A DNA stretch of 61,972 nt, filler included, from Platydemus manokwari (GCA_037951405.1; 5 parts of 5 records of this genome joined end to end with filler, not necessarily neighbours in it); one strand, 5' to 3'. Shown: positions 28,430 to 42,952, counted from the whole stretch's first letter. Notes: a model not told the origin generated them from the letters alone. Made by a program: numbers and translations.

Positions 28430-31340
28430 CACAAAACATGGAATTTAAACAGTTCTAATATATTTCCACAATATGAAAATTCTCCCAGGGTTTCTCAAAA
28501 TTTTCTCTTAAAGGATCCCGTTAGAACAATAGCATGTCGGAATTTCTCTCTTCTTGGACTTACTGATTAAATTGGCCTTAATAAACTCCTTTTGTCCTAT
28601 TATTTTTCACAACGTCCACGAAGGCTGGAGGAGAATACACTACGCCCAAACCTGAGTGCTCTAAATTATTTTGCAACTTTGATCAAACAGGTTGGTTCAC
28701 TGATCAGGACTTCAACAATATTGTACAACTGATTGTCTGTGGGCCTCAATTCAGTTATGTGAATTCGTTGTTTGTATCACGCATAATTGCTGACAAAGTT
28801 ATCGATCCAAACTTTTCCAACACTCATTCTGGCTCTACAATGATTTTCATTCCAGTTAAAATCATCAATAAACACTGAGATCTATTTATCTCTGATAAAT
28901 CCAAGAACCTCAACTACTGGATTGATCCAATTGAAGACATTTATGAACTAAATAAATCTCTCGTGATATGCATCAACTTGCGTTTTCAAGTCAATAAACT
29001 CCTCAATACGAAACATGATTTAAAATGTCCCCTCTCTGAGATGTTCGTTTCAAAAACAACGGATGCGACTGTGGGCCAATGGTATGCTTCTATATTCATC
29101 GAATTGTCAATAGGCAAAGTTTATCCGACACCAGTCTATCATTATTAGAATTTAGACACCTGTTCCATCAATATCATTTAAAGAACAATGATGAACGATA
29201 TTTTCTCAAATTGACTGGAGAAGGAACAACGATTATAAATATCAAATCATTTACTGCCAATATGATAATTTCAATTAAATATCTATTCCGAGAATTTCGA
29301 GATATATTTGTTCTTGATTATGAACTCATTATCAATATTCTAGAAGGAAACTGCGAATATATACTCGAAAATGTTCGTTTTAGCATGTTTCAGAATATTG
29401 AACATTGGCATCACATGCCAAAGCAATGAGCCATACCTAATAGTGTATAGTTACAAAGGGAATACTGGCCAAATGTACAATATGCTTGAGAAATCAATTT
29501 CATATGATGACCTGAATGATGGAATGATTCTAATTAAACTATCGAATTCTTTATTTGTGGATGGATCAGCCACATTGATACCAAGAAGCAATGATTTTAT
29601 TGAATACTCAATCATTTCTGACCTGACAGCAACCTTACGTGTCATTGCTAACATCTTCTCCGAAAAGTTAAACAAGACTATTCCATTTTCTTCAAATCTC
29701 ATGATGGAAATAGCAACAGAACAAGAACTAAATATAAAAGAAAATACTCGAATGATAAAAGTCAAAATTAATTCTGAATCAATTATTCAATTTGTGAGAT
29801 CACTAAACCTAGATAGTAATTTCTCAATACTTGATCCTACAAGTAGTATGTCATTATTTGAAGAAAACTGACAATATCTCACAACATATCATGATATACC
29901 AACTCTGAAAAAATCATGAATGATATTTTGCCTAACATTCTCATCGGCCTTCCATCTATGCCTGATTATTGTGGACATTGAAATGTGGGAATATTATATT
30001 TTCAATTCAACATCGTTAAAAGCTAATCAGGACATGACACTGTATGCATCGACTGTCGTAGAACGTTTTCTAGAATTTCTTTTGGAAGAAACAGTCCCAA
30101 TTAAAGAAAATAAATGTCCATATCAAGTGAAGGGATCTGGCCTTTACAGTAAATTGTTGATCTGTGGATAGCTCGAGCACTTTGTTCTGGATTAATATCG
30201 CGAAAATATTGATTTGAATTCAACTGCTAGTAGAATAAACTCAACAATGAAATTGGTCAACAACTCCACTCTAACTAGTATCAAAACACCTGCATACACT
30301 GCCAAGCTTCCAACCTACAAAGAACTGGTTGAAAAATGAGACAAAACCATCGAATCTATTAAAGATCTATCACCAGAAGAAATCAACAATGATCTCATCA
30401 AAGAAGATCAAATAATTCATTGGTGAAGAATATTGATTCAAAAAACTAAAAAAAATTCCATCGGGTCCTGATGGGATAAATTAAAGTTATATTATTCACT
30501 TGAGTACACAATGTAAATTTCTATGCCTCTTCTTCAACAAAATCATTCAAAGAGGAACGTCACCAACAAAGTGAAAAACCTTTCAGACAACTTTGATTCC
30601 GAAGCCAAACAAATCTGATTTCAGAGATGTCTCAAACTGTCGACCAATTGCTTTGTCCAATTTGACTTACAAAATATTCACATCAATCCTAACTGATCGC
30701 TTAACATCGTGGTTAGAAGCCAATAATATCCTGCACCCGGGACAAAAAGTAAAACGACATTAGAAGGATGCATTGAACACAATGCTATTCTTTCGACAAC
30801 TTTTGAATTCATCAAATGTATCAATAAAACTGGATTAGCGAGAAGGGCGGCGATTGCATTTCTAGATATGAAAAGTGCATTTCCCTCTGTTCCACATAAA
30901 TACTTTTGGGGAAATCTAAAATCAATTGGAGTGAAAAAGAATTTCAAATGTAGACAAATTATCATTCCATAATTACCAATAAATGTTGGTGTGAAGCAAG
31001 GGTGTCCATTGTCAATTATCTTGTTCGCTCCCGCCATTAATCAAGTTCTCAATTCTACGGAAAATGTAGGTCACAGTAAATTCAAAATGTTTGGCAAAGA
31101 GTTTCGAGTTCTATCTTACGCTGATGACGTTGCAATTATTGCCAACTCGTGCAAAGATTTCCAATACTTTATCGATATTACATCAACAGCATCACAATGC
31201 AATGTACACTTTCAACCAAACAAATATTTTTAGTTTATTATTATGAATGAGTTAATTGTTAATACGAAATTAGTCAACAGCACTTTTGAGATTCCATCAC
31301 AATGGTACACTGCGATCACAATTAAAAATGAAATACTCGA
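28430..31340 (+). mobile_element. Decayed NeSL-clade non-LTR retrotransposon (Ulp1-like protease + reverse transcriptase)
   Basis: RT motifs across frameshifts: SGPDGI, LIPKPNK..RPIAL..LTYKIFTSIL, EGCIEHN, AIAFLDMKSAFPSVPH, GVKQGCPLS, SYADD. Upstream are C48-like motifs IFIPV..NKH*, YWIDP and NNGCDCGPMVC. Confidence 0.88.
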
Positions 31341-34300
31341 AAATTGCTTGACCTATTGAATGATTTTGACTATCTTATTTAGATTTTAATATTGAGATTT
31401 TAGAGATATTTAACAGTGAAAATATTCAATAGACGATATTTTGCATTTGACAAGTCTTTGATGGAAGCGAATCCAAGTACATATTAAAATACAAAAATAA
31501 TAATAAAAAAATTCCATGTTAACAAAAACCTTCATTAAAATAGTGCTTAATATTAATTCCACATATTTTGCCATACATGAGCTAAAGTTCAAATCGAGCG
31601 GAGAAAATAAAAATAAGAATAGTAATAGCTCCTAGTGGTTCACACAAGACAAAAAAAGAAAACGCAAAGAACAACAGAAGGTCTCACATTACATTGTAAA
31701 CCGATAGATTAATCAATCAACACGGTAAAAATTCATAAAACTTCATACACACATTATCTTATGTCAAGTTATTGTCTTTCTACAAAAAGTCTGCTTGTCG
31801 AAATATTGACAAACTCAATTTATCATAGCAATTACAGAACAAAAACTTCGACTCCAATTACCCCAGAGATAACCCTTGGAAGTTGGATTATAATAGAAGC
31901 AACCTAATATGACTAAATTTTATAACATAATTAAAATTAAAACCTTTGACTATTTATATAGTCTTATAATTTATTAAAATACCACAAGACATTTTATAAT
32001 GTACCTATGTTCTGTTTTTGATTTGAAAGGGTGTCCAGCGATGTCAAGTAGTAAATTTGATATTTTACAATGAAGAGACTTTTCTCCAACAATATAATAA
32101 CATTGTTCTAAACTATTCTAAACTATTATATATAATTTCAAGTTTTTTATAAGAAAACGTTCAGAAAACACATTATTTATAATTAAAAAAAGAGATAAAC
32201 TAAATTAATATTGTTCAAATGTAGTAGTTAATGAAATCGTTTATCTTACAATTAATGAACGTAAAGACCGAAATAATTATAAATGTACTTATTCTTAAAC
32301 TATATTTACCAACCATTTAAATACACAAATAATGTAATAAAATGATGAATATACTCATTTGATGGAAACTTGTTTTATTTTGTAATTTTTATCAAAATTA
32401 AATTCATTATTTTCACAAAATTTTAAAAATTTCCAAACTAAGCTCTTAACGACCCAAAAATATAAATCATCACCACCTTAGATAAATTATAGATTTAGCA
32501 ATTATCAAAATTCCTCAGAAAAATATATAGAAGAGCTGCTGGCACTATACAATTAGTATATCTTTTTCTGTAAATGTTTTTTTCAAAAATTTAATAATTT
32601 TGTATATTTATAAAAATAATAGATTAAGCCGATAAGTATTTTTTAAATAAATTAATATAAACATTTCAAACATTTTACCATCAATTTTTAAAAAATCTTA
32701 TAAATGAAATAATTTTATTAAAGGTCAATTTTTAAATAGGGTTGAACTCGGTTAATATCATGTCACTTAATATCATATTAATGGAAAATCCATTCAACAT
32801 TAACTAACGATTATTTTTAAATCTGCACAAGAAAGAAAATTTATCCAAGATTTAGTCAAGATTTATTAACATAAGGAAATCATTGTTTAAATAAATAAAA
32901 ACAAAAATAAACCTAATTAAATAATAACCTTCAGATAATTTCAAAGGTAATTAAAACAAAACAGCTTTTGACGTATAGATTAATAATTGCTATGAAATTA
33001 GAAACTGAAAAAATATTTTAAAACTAAAGAATAAATTACCTATAAAATTGTAATATTTAAAATTTTAAAGATAATAAAATAAATCAATATTTCTATAAGA
33101 CACTAATTTTATAAGACAAAAGCTTACAATCAATATAAATTATCACAACATTTTGTATAATTTAACTGCAAATCAGGTATTGATAAAAATTATGCTTTTC
33201 ATTCTCTTAATTACTCTAACATAATATCTTTCCTATTTCATTAATCGTACAATGAAAATCATATTTATATTATCTGAATTCATTGATTGCATAATTTATT
33301 TGTGTCACGAACAGGACAAAATTAGCAATGCTATTTCGTGCTGAAAAAACTTCGACTGGGAAAACATCACTAAGCAGTTAAAAAAGATTGCTACAAATCT
33401 GGACAATGGAAAACCGAACTACGGATAGTATTTAATAAAACAGATTATACTCATGATATTTCGTAAAAATCGATGTTGAAAGTAAATAATCTTGTTTAAA
33501 ATGTAATAATCTTTATGCATATTTGAAAATAAGAGACAAAATAAATAAAATGAACGTTATCCGACGTTAATTCAATAAACAAAAACAGAATTCAAAATGG
33601 AAAGCAGAGAAATGTAGAGCAAAGTTTGAATTATATTTAAAATAGTCGAATTTAACAACTGCTATGTTTATACACATGTGTATTTGTTTGAATAGTGTCA
33701 CGTAATTAAACTGTTTTTGTTGTGTTGGTAAATAGAACATAAGGTTGAATAACTGATTAATAAATTAATTAACTTTATCCAAGCAATGTTATCTACTATA
33801 GAAACTCAACAAATTTCATTTGTATATCGACCAGATTTTTATTTTAATTGATAATTTCGGTGTTTACTTTTGATTAGTCCAGAATAACAAAAGAAATGTA
33901 TAAAAAAATAGATATTAAAGCATAAACTTAAAAACTCGTAGCAATTTGACATTACGGATATATTAATTATTGAGACATTAATTACTGTTGCAACTATATA
34001 AAATAAGAAACTAATTCCGTTAAAACAAGAAATAGCACCAAAATTACCAAACCAGAAATCATTGCTTAATAAAATACCCTTATAAAATAATAAATATTAA
34101 TATATACATAATTGATTAAACAAATGATAATCGATATAATCAAAGATTTTCAAAATAAACAATTAATAAATTCATTAAAATAGAATTATTTATTTATTTA
34201 GTAATAATTATCACAATGTGCTAAGAATTGCACGTGACAAATATTGGTTATTGAGGATCTAAATGATATTTAAAGAATGGCAATACTTTTAAATTTGCCA

Positions 34301-36773
34301 TTTCAAAAAGAAGACTACCCAAATAAGCAAAAATAATTTTTATTACAATAGGTACCTTTACATCTAGTACGGTTGTAGGGAGTTAAAGTACAGTAAAGTG
34401 GCTTATTTTATCTTTGATATTATTAATGTGAATTTCCCGTCGTTAATGTCCACATTTGTTAAGGAGAGTTAGTTAGACAATCAGAAGGAGTTTATGAGCT
34501 GGTATTTCCATATCAAGTATCGGGATTAAATCCTCGTTTGAACATTATTAATAAGAATTATTAAAAGCCAGGTACCATATTGAACTTTAGTATAACATAC
34601 AATTATAAATATATTTTATTAAGCTGAAGAGATTGTTATTAAATATCCTGAAAAGTAGAAAGGAATCAGATACAGTATTCGAGCCGGTTTCCTTCGACCA
34701 CTTTTAGTCTTAACACTATTGCGATTTTAGCCATGGAAAAATATGGGAAAAAATAACAAGACAATAGAACAAGGGAACTTAATTATACTAAATTAATTGA
34801 GTTCAATGGCTGATAACTTAGTTTAATAGTAGCAAAAAATCAAACAATTAATAAAGGTAATAAAAAATAGTTATTTTTCGAAATAAAATGAATTCAAATC
34901 GTCCGATGTAAAATGTGGATTAAACAATAAGCACTATTGACCATTGTAAATCTAAATAAACTATGCATGAGCTAGTAACAACAAGCATTAACATATGATA
35001 TTTGACATTCAAATCCGGATATTACTCTGGTATATAACTCGGCATGGATTACCAATGACAACAGGTGTTTTATAATCAATCTAAAGGATATTATTCAGAT
35101 TAGATTTTAGCTAAAGTATATCTACAAATTTAAATCAAAAAATTTAAAAGCTGATCGAATAGTCATCTTCATTGTCTCCTTTTTTATCTCTTTCAATCGG
35201 GCGGTCTGGTTTCAGTGCATTATCTACACATGCGATTTACTCCTCTTCATTTACCCCCTCTTATTCTCATTTATTACCTTGTGGTCATGTAATCCATCAA
35301 ACCTCTGACTATTCGATCCATATTCAAGTTAAAAAATATATGATATAATAAAAATTATCTAGTATTACAAATAAATCAACATGAAATCCGGTAGGATACC
35401 TACACTTCATTACAATAACCACAAATCATTGAAGTTTAGAGTAGTGAAGAGTACTCAATACATATTTTTTTGACAATTAGATCCTAAAAGAAATTGATCC
35501 AACTGTTCCTAACTAGAAAAAATAAAGACGATAGGCTTCAAAGAAGTCTCTCTGAGACCTTATGTAAACACCAAATTACTGATTATTGTCGCTGGAATCG
35601 TAGATAATTTGAATTGGAAATATATAACATGCTGTTAAAAATATTCAGATAAATTTAATTTCAGAGATTAATTAATCTTGAAATGTTTAAGGATTAAGTA
35701 AAATAGATTTTTGAATAAAACTTAGTGATATCAAGTGCCTGGAAAATTCTTGCCTTTAAAAATTCTTTCCTTACTGCTTCTTAAATTCTTATGTTAATAG
35801 TTCTTGCTTACATACTATTTTATAGGCCTAGATTCATCTAATAATCCGTCACGCTGCTCTTTTTAAATTATTCTTGGTTACTTATATTAGTACTTCTAAT
35901 GTGTTCATCACTATTTTTAGTTACATTAGTTATTTATAGTATCTTTTGTTGCTGATCTATTTTAGTGAGGTAGTTACAATTTATGGATTTGGACTTCAAT
36001 TCGCTATCATATCCTTAAAATTCTCTATGACCCTGAATTCGATTAAACAAAAAGAATTTGATGCATTTAAACAAAAAATTTATGTAATTTAAAATAATTT
36101 AATTTTAGTTCTAGAATATATTATCTTTTGGTAATTTTTATTCAATTAATAACAATTTTGTAATCAGATTAAATAAGAATGAATGAAATATCGCGAAAAA
36201 TCCGAATTAGCTTAATAAATTTAATTAAAAAAATATTTTACTCAGAAATTTTATGAATAATCTCTTAAGCTACATCAAATATAGATTAACGTAGACAAAG
36301 AAATAAATCAAACTGATTTAAATATTTAAACAAATTCAGTTTTTAAAGAATTAAAGGTTTTAGCTTGGTTTAGCTTGTACCACATAATGGAAATTGAATT
36401 ATCAAAATTTTTAATTATAATCATTTTTTTAAAATAATTTTAAATTTGATGATAAATAAAGATTTTATTTTTGTTCAAAATTCATTATAATGATACCAAC
36501 ACGATAGATTAAAATCCTGTATTAATTACTAACACAACTTCACATAATTACTTGCTTATAAGCTTTCCAAACTATTGATTTTGAATTAAATGTTTTTGAA
36601 GAAATAGCTTATATGCTTCAAAAACAATATTTTAATTCAATTAATTGTTATATTATATCTTTAACAAGAAATTTTGCATCTTACATTTTTTCATTTATTT
36701 AATTGGTATGTTAAAGGAGTATCTTCTAAAACATCAAATTTATTTACTAATTAATAAAAGAAAAATATGAGGC

Positions 36774-36873
36774 NNNNNNNNNNNNNNNNNNNNNNNNNNN
36801 NNNNNNNNNNNNNNNNNTTAATTAATTAANNNNNNNNNNNNNNNNNNNNNNNNNNNNNNNNNNNNNNNNNNNN
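36774..36873. other. Assembly gap spacer
   Basis: 44 N + TTAATTAATTAA + 44 N. Confidence 0.97.
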
Positions 36874-36965
36874 TCTATATATTTTTGAATAAATGTCTAT
36901 ATATTTTTGAATAAATGTCTATATATTTTTGAATAAATGTCTATATATTTATGCATAACCCTGTA
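36874..36965. repeat. 22-nt tandem repeat (3+ copies) ending in a mariner-like TIR
   Basis: tctatatatttttgaataaatg x3 plus a partial copy, running into the gap, then gcataaccctgta (reverse complement TACAGGGT..., a typical Tc1/mariner end). Confidence 0.65.
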
Positions 36966-38749
36966 ATATTGTTTCATTGTGATAAATATTTATGTTGATT
37001 TTGTTATTGTATTTTAATAATAAATTTGTTATCTCTTTAAATTGTTTAACCATCTTTTATATTCAAATTATCAGCTAATTTCAATAAATAACATTATTTG
37101 AACAATAAGATAAAATTTCTTCAGCCCTACCCCATTCCGCCCCCATACATTAACCAATCATCATTTATCCAATCATGTAAAATCTATACAATAATTACAG
37201 AACATTTAATCATTTGTTTATGTTAAAATAAATCCGAGGTCATTTCCTTCAGAAGAGATCAAATAAGACAGATTTCATCAGCTTTATCCCACTTTGTTAT
37301 AATTTTATTATGAGAATGGTATTTGAATTTAATCGTCTTATAATATAATCGATATAAGCTAATTTTCTAATAGGAAAAGTGTCTGATTACTGTTTGTGAT
37401 CTCATTACATACTCTCAATGATCCATTTCTTAACTTATTTTGCTCGAGCCTTCTATTTTGAAAGTGGTCTCAATCCATTTGTCTGAAACAATCAAGCAAG
37501 TTATTTTAATATTTGTATTTCAACGTTATATTTTTATCTTGAAAAAAATCACATCTGATATATTTGAAATCACAAAATTTAAAAAAAGAAAATTAACTGG
37601 TCAATAAAATAATAAAATTTTAATAATAATATGCTGCAAATCCACAGGATTTACAAAATCGAACACTAAGTTGACGCAAGTTAATTGTCAAAAATAGAAA
37701 AGAATCCCACAATAGATTGATTTATCGGCTCAAAAACTACTTCCGGTCGTTATAACAAAATTCCATGACATATATGGTTGTAAAGATACTGTGTACAAAG
37801 TCTGATAAATGATACTTCATAATAGCAATCATAATAACTTACATTTCTGTTATAAGAAAATTCATTATTTTGCCTTTCATTACTGAAATTTGAGCCTACA
37901 ACATCTAAAGATGCATTCTGGTGTAAATTCATATTATATTAAATTTAATAATATTATTATTTCTAATTACTGGATATTTACTTTAATTTTCCCAAAATAT
38001 TTCTTACTTGATATTTAATAATTTTCAATGTTTATTTAGAGTTATTTATTTCCTATTTCATTTATAAGCTATGTTTGCTACTAATTATTGATTTCACTTA
38101 ATTTCTAAAGAAATTTTGTCATGAGTTCATTGACTTTTATATCAATTATTGACGTTATTCATTCATATTATCATTTATTTTATTAAGTGCTTTCATTGAT
38201 TTCAATGCTAATAATTATAAATATGTTCTAAAATCTCTAAAAACGAGGTGGCATAAAACCATATTTGATAACTGTGTCGCAAGGAATTTCTAAATCGACA
38301 AATTTGATAATAAATAAAACCAAACAATTATTGTAAATATATAATTTATTATCGGAATCATACATGAAATATATTGTAAAAATAAGATTTCATTTCATAG
38401 AAATAATCACAATGAACTCGAGTGTTTCGAGTCGATCAATTCTAAAATTTGCATAGCGCACGATATGAATTCCTACAAATGTAGACAATTATGTCAATAA
38501 ATACAAATAAAATCGTGGAAACATAATAAGATATATAATTTTTAAGAAAATAATAAATAATTTGTGACGAAATTTCAAAACAAAATAGATGACAAAAGGA
38601 GCTAATTTTAAAACAGTTTGAAAATTTAAAATAGATTAAAAGACATTTTTTTGCCAACAAGAGTTCTTCATGCAACAGAGGCCGGCTTATACCAGTATCA
38701 CAATTTTGTTTTACATTTTATCAGTCTTTTCTTTTGATCTTCTTTTTTT

Positions 38750-39460
38750 TGGTTTTTCTTCATCGTCGTCTTAAGTTTCATGATGATTTTATTGATTGTG
38801 ATTTTCATTGATCTTTGATTTCTTCCGAGTTAATCTTTGAATCCAGAATCCATCATAGTACTATCATTGGGCTTATTTCTATTTGATGTTTGAAGTTACT
38901 GAATATTCGGAAAATTTTCTGATTTGATTATGTTTCATATAGATTTCTAAAAGATGTTATCATTGTTCGTTACCAGGCTTCCGAGGTATCCAATAACGAT
39001 AGTTCCAAGGAATACTGACCATTTTGGTAGTTTGACGGCAATTTCTTTCTTTGGGGTTTGAATAATTAAGAGTGTGCATTGTGTTGGCAAATTTCATGTT
39101 CTTTGAAGTATCAAAAGGGAACACAATGTCAATGAGGAAGATTTTCGTTTCTGTTTGAATAAACATTTGCAAGTCAGTACAAGCTGTTGATGTTCACAGC
39201 TCACATTATTTTTTGAGATGGATCACCATTTCTGGAATATTTGAGGGTTCAATCTTTGATAATTTTTATGACTTTATCAAGGTTTGTGATCCAGAATGTT
39301 TTGGAATTTCTTTAGGTAATAGAATTGTGTTCATGTCTATTATCTTCTGTCCTACGATTTCTTCAAAATATAAAATTTGGATATGAACGTTTGTTGACGT
39401 ATAGAGTAAAGCTTTGGATTTATTGATACAATAAAACATGGTTGTAGTGAACATCCCATC
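38750..39460 (-). mobile_element. NeSL/R2-type retroelement 3' fragment (restriction-like endonuclease)
   Basis: TDLQMFIQTETKIFLIDIVFPFD, then (frameshifted) TIVIGYLGS. Same DLQM...LID..FP signature as the 19150-19660 fragment. Confidence 0.65.
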
Positions 39461-39479
39461 GAAAAATTACCCAGTTGAT

Positions 39480-39850
39480 AGTTAAAACTTCAAACTTACC
39501 AAAAAGATTGAAAAACTTGAAATCGTAAAGGTCATTTCAAAGAAATAAGATTATGGTTGATAAATGAAATCTATGAAATAGGTAAGTTTGCCTAATTACT
39601 TATATTGAATGTGAAAGAATCCATTACTCTTTACCAGGAATTGTCTGCACTTCAGCCATCAGATATGTGACAACAGTTCTTTCAAATACAGGAGTAGACT
39701 AATTATCATTATCATCATCCTTGAAAATTGCTAAAACAAGTAATCAACGCATTTTATTAAATGATTTCTGCTCCGATGCTGTTTTCAAATCTTTAATAAT
39801 TTCTTTATAAATAGATTATTTACAGCCATCCCCACCAACAAAAATCTGAA
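39480..39850 (-). pseudogene. Possible cadherin-repeat pseudo-exons
   Basis: AG/GT-bounded blocks encode DDNDN*STPVFERTVVTYLMAEVQTIPG and GKLTYFI..P*SYFFEM, resembling cadherin DxNDN.P.F and G.LTY.I motifs, with in-frame stops. Confidence 0.35.
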
Positions 39851-39929
39851 GAAATTCATTGAATATTTAAAAATGACATTTGTAATATCTCAATAAGTTC
39901 TATGAACTTAAAAATTAAAATTCTTTTGA

Positions 39930-40795
39930 TTTTTGATTGCTAGATTAGTGTGTGCCTATTCAATTTCAATCACGCTGCGACATAAAAATACCAAAGAGCG
40001 TGCCTATATTGTAAATAATTTTTACCAAATTTCAAATTGTCACAAGACTAATCAATTTCTTCTTGAATTGAGAGATTTAAATCACACTACAAACTTAGTA
40101 ATAATAATTCGCTGTGAATGAAATGCTAAATATTTTCTTCTTACGAAAAGCATCTAAAAATCTTAATATTTTAAAATCTTCGGTTCGTTGCATTGGTAAT
40201 ATGAGTTTGGGTCTCAAAAGAAATTGCTTTTATGGTTCATGAGTTTAATAAAGATGACCCTAATCAAATGCTGAGCTTATGTGAATATTTCATCTTATTA
40301 ATACAACAAAATCCTCAACCAATGGAGAAAACAATTCGGACAATTAATCATCACGTCAATGTTTATTGATCTAATAAAACCCAGAATCGTCTTCATACAA
40401 ACTCGATGAAACATTTAGCGAGCTTTTGGCACATGAAGTTACTGTACCTTAAGTCCCCAGGTGAGCTATGAACCGTGAAAATTATCCTTACACGAATCCA
40501 GAGGATTAGGACTTCAGACGTTCATACATCAATTACTTGAACCATATACTTTTTCAAACCATTGGTGGTCGTCGAAAAATATGATCGACTTAACATTATG
40601 AAATTTCTCCATTTGGGGTCAGATAAAAGAAATGGTGTATCAAAGTCATCTTCTAACCTCGGATGAATTTAAAATCAGAATTGCAATGCACTCCATGATG
40701 TTGATTAAAAGCTGTTTAGAGTGGTATTATCTAGAGTTGCTTAGAAACGAATTCGTCTTCATATTTATGAAAATGACCGACATCTTGAAAATTAA
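39930..40795 (+). mobile_element. Decayed Tc1/mariner transposase
   Basis: C-terminal motifs DLTL*NFSIWGQIKEMVY..LTSDEFKIRI and KRIRLHIYENDRHLEN* match PDL.P.DF.LWG..K..VY and R...CI...G.HFE. Confidence 0.6.
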
Positions 40796-41612
40796 AGTTA
40801 AAAATATACATCTAATTTCATCTAATCCGGAGCATAATGGTTGTCATATTAAATTAGATGCTAAGAGTATAACAACGGGTTAGATCTTACAACCTAGTTA
40901 CCTAGATACACACATTTCAAAATAATACAATAAATTGATCAATTTCATATTTTTTAATGGCATCAACCACGACCAACACAAACATTATGAAAATAAACAA
41001 ATATATTAATTTTTGTCTTTAGCTTTGATTTTACTAGAACCACTTGTCTCAAATGATAATCAAACGAGGTAAAAACAAATGTTTAATCAAAATATCAGCT
41101 AACATCAGTTATAGAAATATCATATAAAAATAATAATAAATAAAATATCGTAATATAATAACCTCAATTCTCATAAATTTCATATCTGGATCTAGATTCT
41201 AAAAAACAAAAAACCTTCAAAGTTTTTCATTGAAAAAATCATTATTTCTATAAATTATTTTATTGGTCTTCATTTTAATCTACGCTTTCTTTTCACTCAC
41301 TAAACTAGGAAAATTTCATTTATAAATTTACTAAAAATAAACTAAAAGAATGATCAACATAAAAAGCGACATAGCAGTGAACTGGCCAATTGAAATGGCT
41401 AATTATTAGATGTCGAATTTCTCGCAACTCTTACAATGGTAGGTATTTAAATAATTTCACCGTAAATCGTCTGTTATAAACTGAAAGTCGATTTTGGATA
41501 ACGAAATCAGATGAAATGAGATCAAAACAATTTCAAATATCAATATTGTGACTATTATCAAGAATATTCTTGAGTTCATACACAATGCTAATATTAAAGT
41601 CAATATATTAAG

Positions 41613-42952
41613 TTATTCGGAATTAATTAAGTTAATTTCCATTAAAGACTTTATCAACCAGTTGTTCGGAAAATAAATTAATAATGGCAGACACTGAAAT
41701 ATCACAGGCCTAGATGCCAGATTATGGCTGATTATAAATATTATTACCAACATCCCACAACACACAAAACCAACCAGAATCCTTGGAATCAAATTGAGTT
41801 CTAATTCACAGGAAAAACCTTTTTCAAGTATTTGAAAAGCTTTGTTGGTGACATTATTAATTCCTAGCAATAAAATGCCCAAGGTGTGCAGTTTATATCG
41901 GAGGATATTATATTCATCAGAATAATTTGTCTGTTTCAAACTAAGATCGTTTTGTAAATTCAATAATTGGTTGTTCATTTTGGGAAAAATTAGACTCTGA
42001 TGAGACTGTAAAGAGCTCATTTGTGCATAACAAACATCGAGATCATTCATAAGTTTCCTGAGCTGAATTGTAAAATATTATCAACATCTTGACTTCTCTT
42101 CAACAAATACCAAAGCTGATGATTTGTTGAGATCTTCATAAAGAATATGATTCATGAAGAACAATGATTTACACCTTCTCAACAAAGCACTCATACTATT
42201 TTCCTTTAATCCCTTTACATAATCTGAAAATATTATTGAATAGCAAAATTTTAATGCTAGAACGAAAGAAAGGGAGTAATTTACCCTTTGGTAAGATATT
42301 CAATACTTCCAGTAGAAAATTTTCATAATTTTTCAGCTGTTTATTGGCTAGAAGAAAGAAATTTTTCCTGCCAAAAAAACAATGATTTACAAAATATACC
42401 AACAAAAAACTTGTGCAATAAAATTTCTATTTCGTTGTTAATCTCTTGAAGTTCCATGGATTTGATTTTCGTCATTCTGGAATCATCTCTAATAAACTCC
42501 AGTGTTTTCTGATATCGATAATTGTTCTCCTCTATAAATGGGATTGATTGTTGAAACTTTTCTTTCAATGCTAATTTTCGCATATCTAATTTTCTTTTAT
42601 TTTCTTCCACGTTAATGATTTTGGCCTTCAAACAAACATATGAAACAAATCTAACTCAATGACGTCATCTTACTTGAAATTCGTAATATTTTTCCAACGC
42701 AATCTCTTTGAGTTCGGAAAAGATTTCTTTGCGAAAATTCGTTTTACACGTGATGGATCGATCGAGATATCTTCTGGATCTCATGTCTCTTGCAACATTG
42801 CCATAGATAAGATTATAAACTAATGATTTATCTTTGAAAGTTTTCTCACTTGAATGTTAATAAAATTATCCATAAAATTTATTGAAAAAATCTTATTACA
42901 TTGTGGCATTGTTTTTCCTCAAATACAGAGTTTGAAATTCGCTAGCTGCCAT
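41613..42952 (-). CDS. CCDC42/CFAP73/CCDC197-like (DUF4200) coiled-coil protein, multi-exon; 3' end uncertain
   Basis: Spliced frame from ATG 42952: MAASEFQTLYLRKNNATI/EKTF...KYYEFQ/AKII...LKEKFQQSIPFIEENNYRYQK...LHK/KNFF..LKNYENFLLEVLNILPK/DYV..LLRRCKSL../LRKLMND...LGILLLGINN. Fits the family motifs FI.EN, Y..FL..V, I.RY.TL, LG.I..A..N. Confidence 0.7.

Noticed and set aside
34380-34760. Possible Merlin/ISXO2-like transposase trace (II..../KPGTIL)
   Set aside because: Catalytic motifs not recoverable; too weak to call.
36874-36950. 22-nt repeats as a CRISPR-like array
   Set aside because: Head-to-tail copies with no spacers, in a eukaryotic context with no cas genes.
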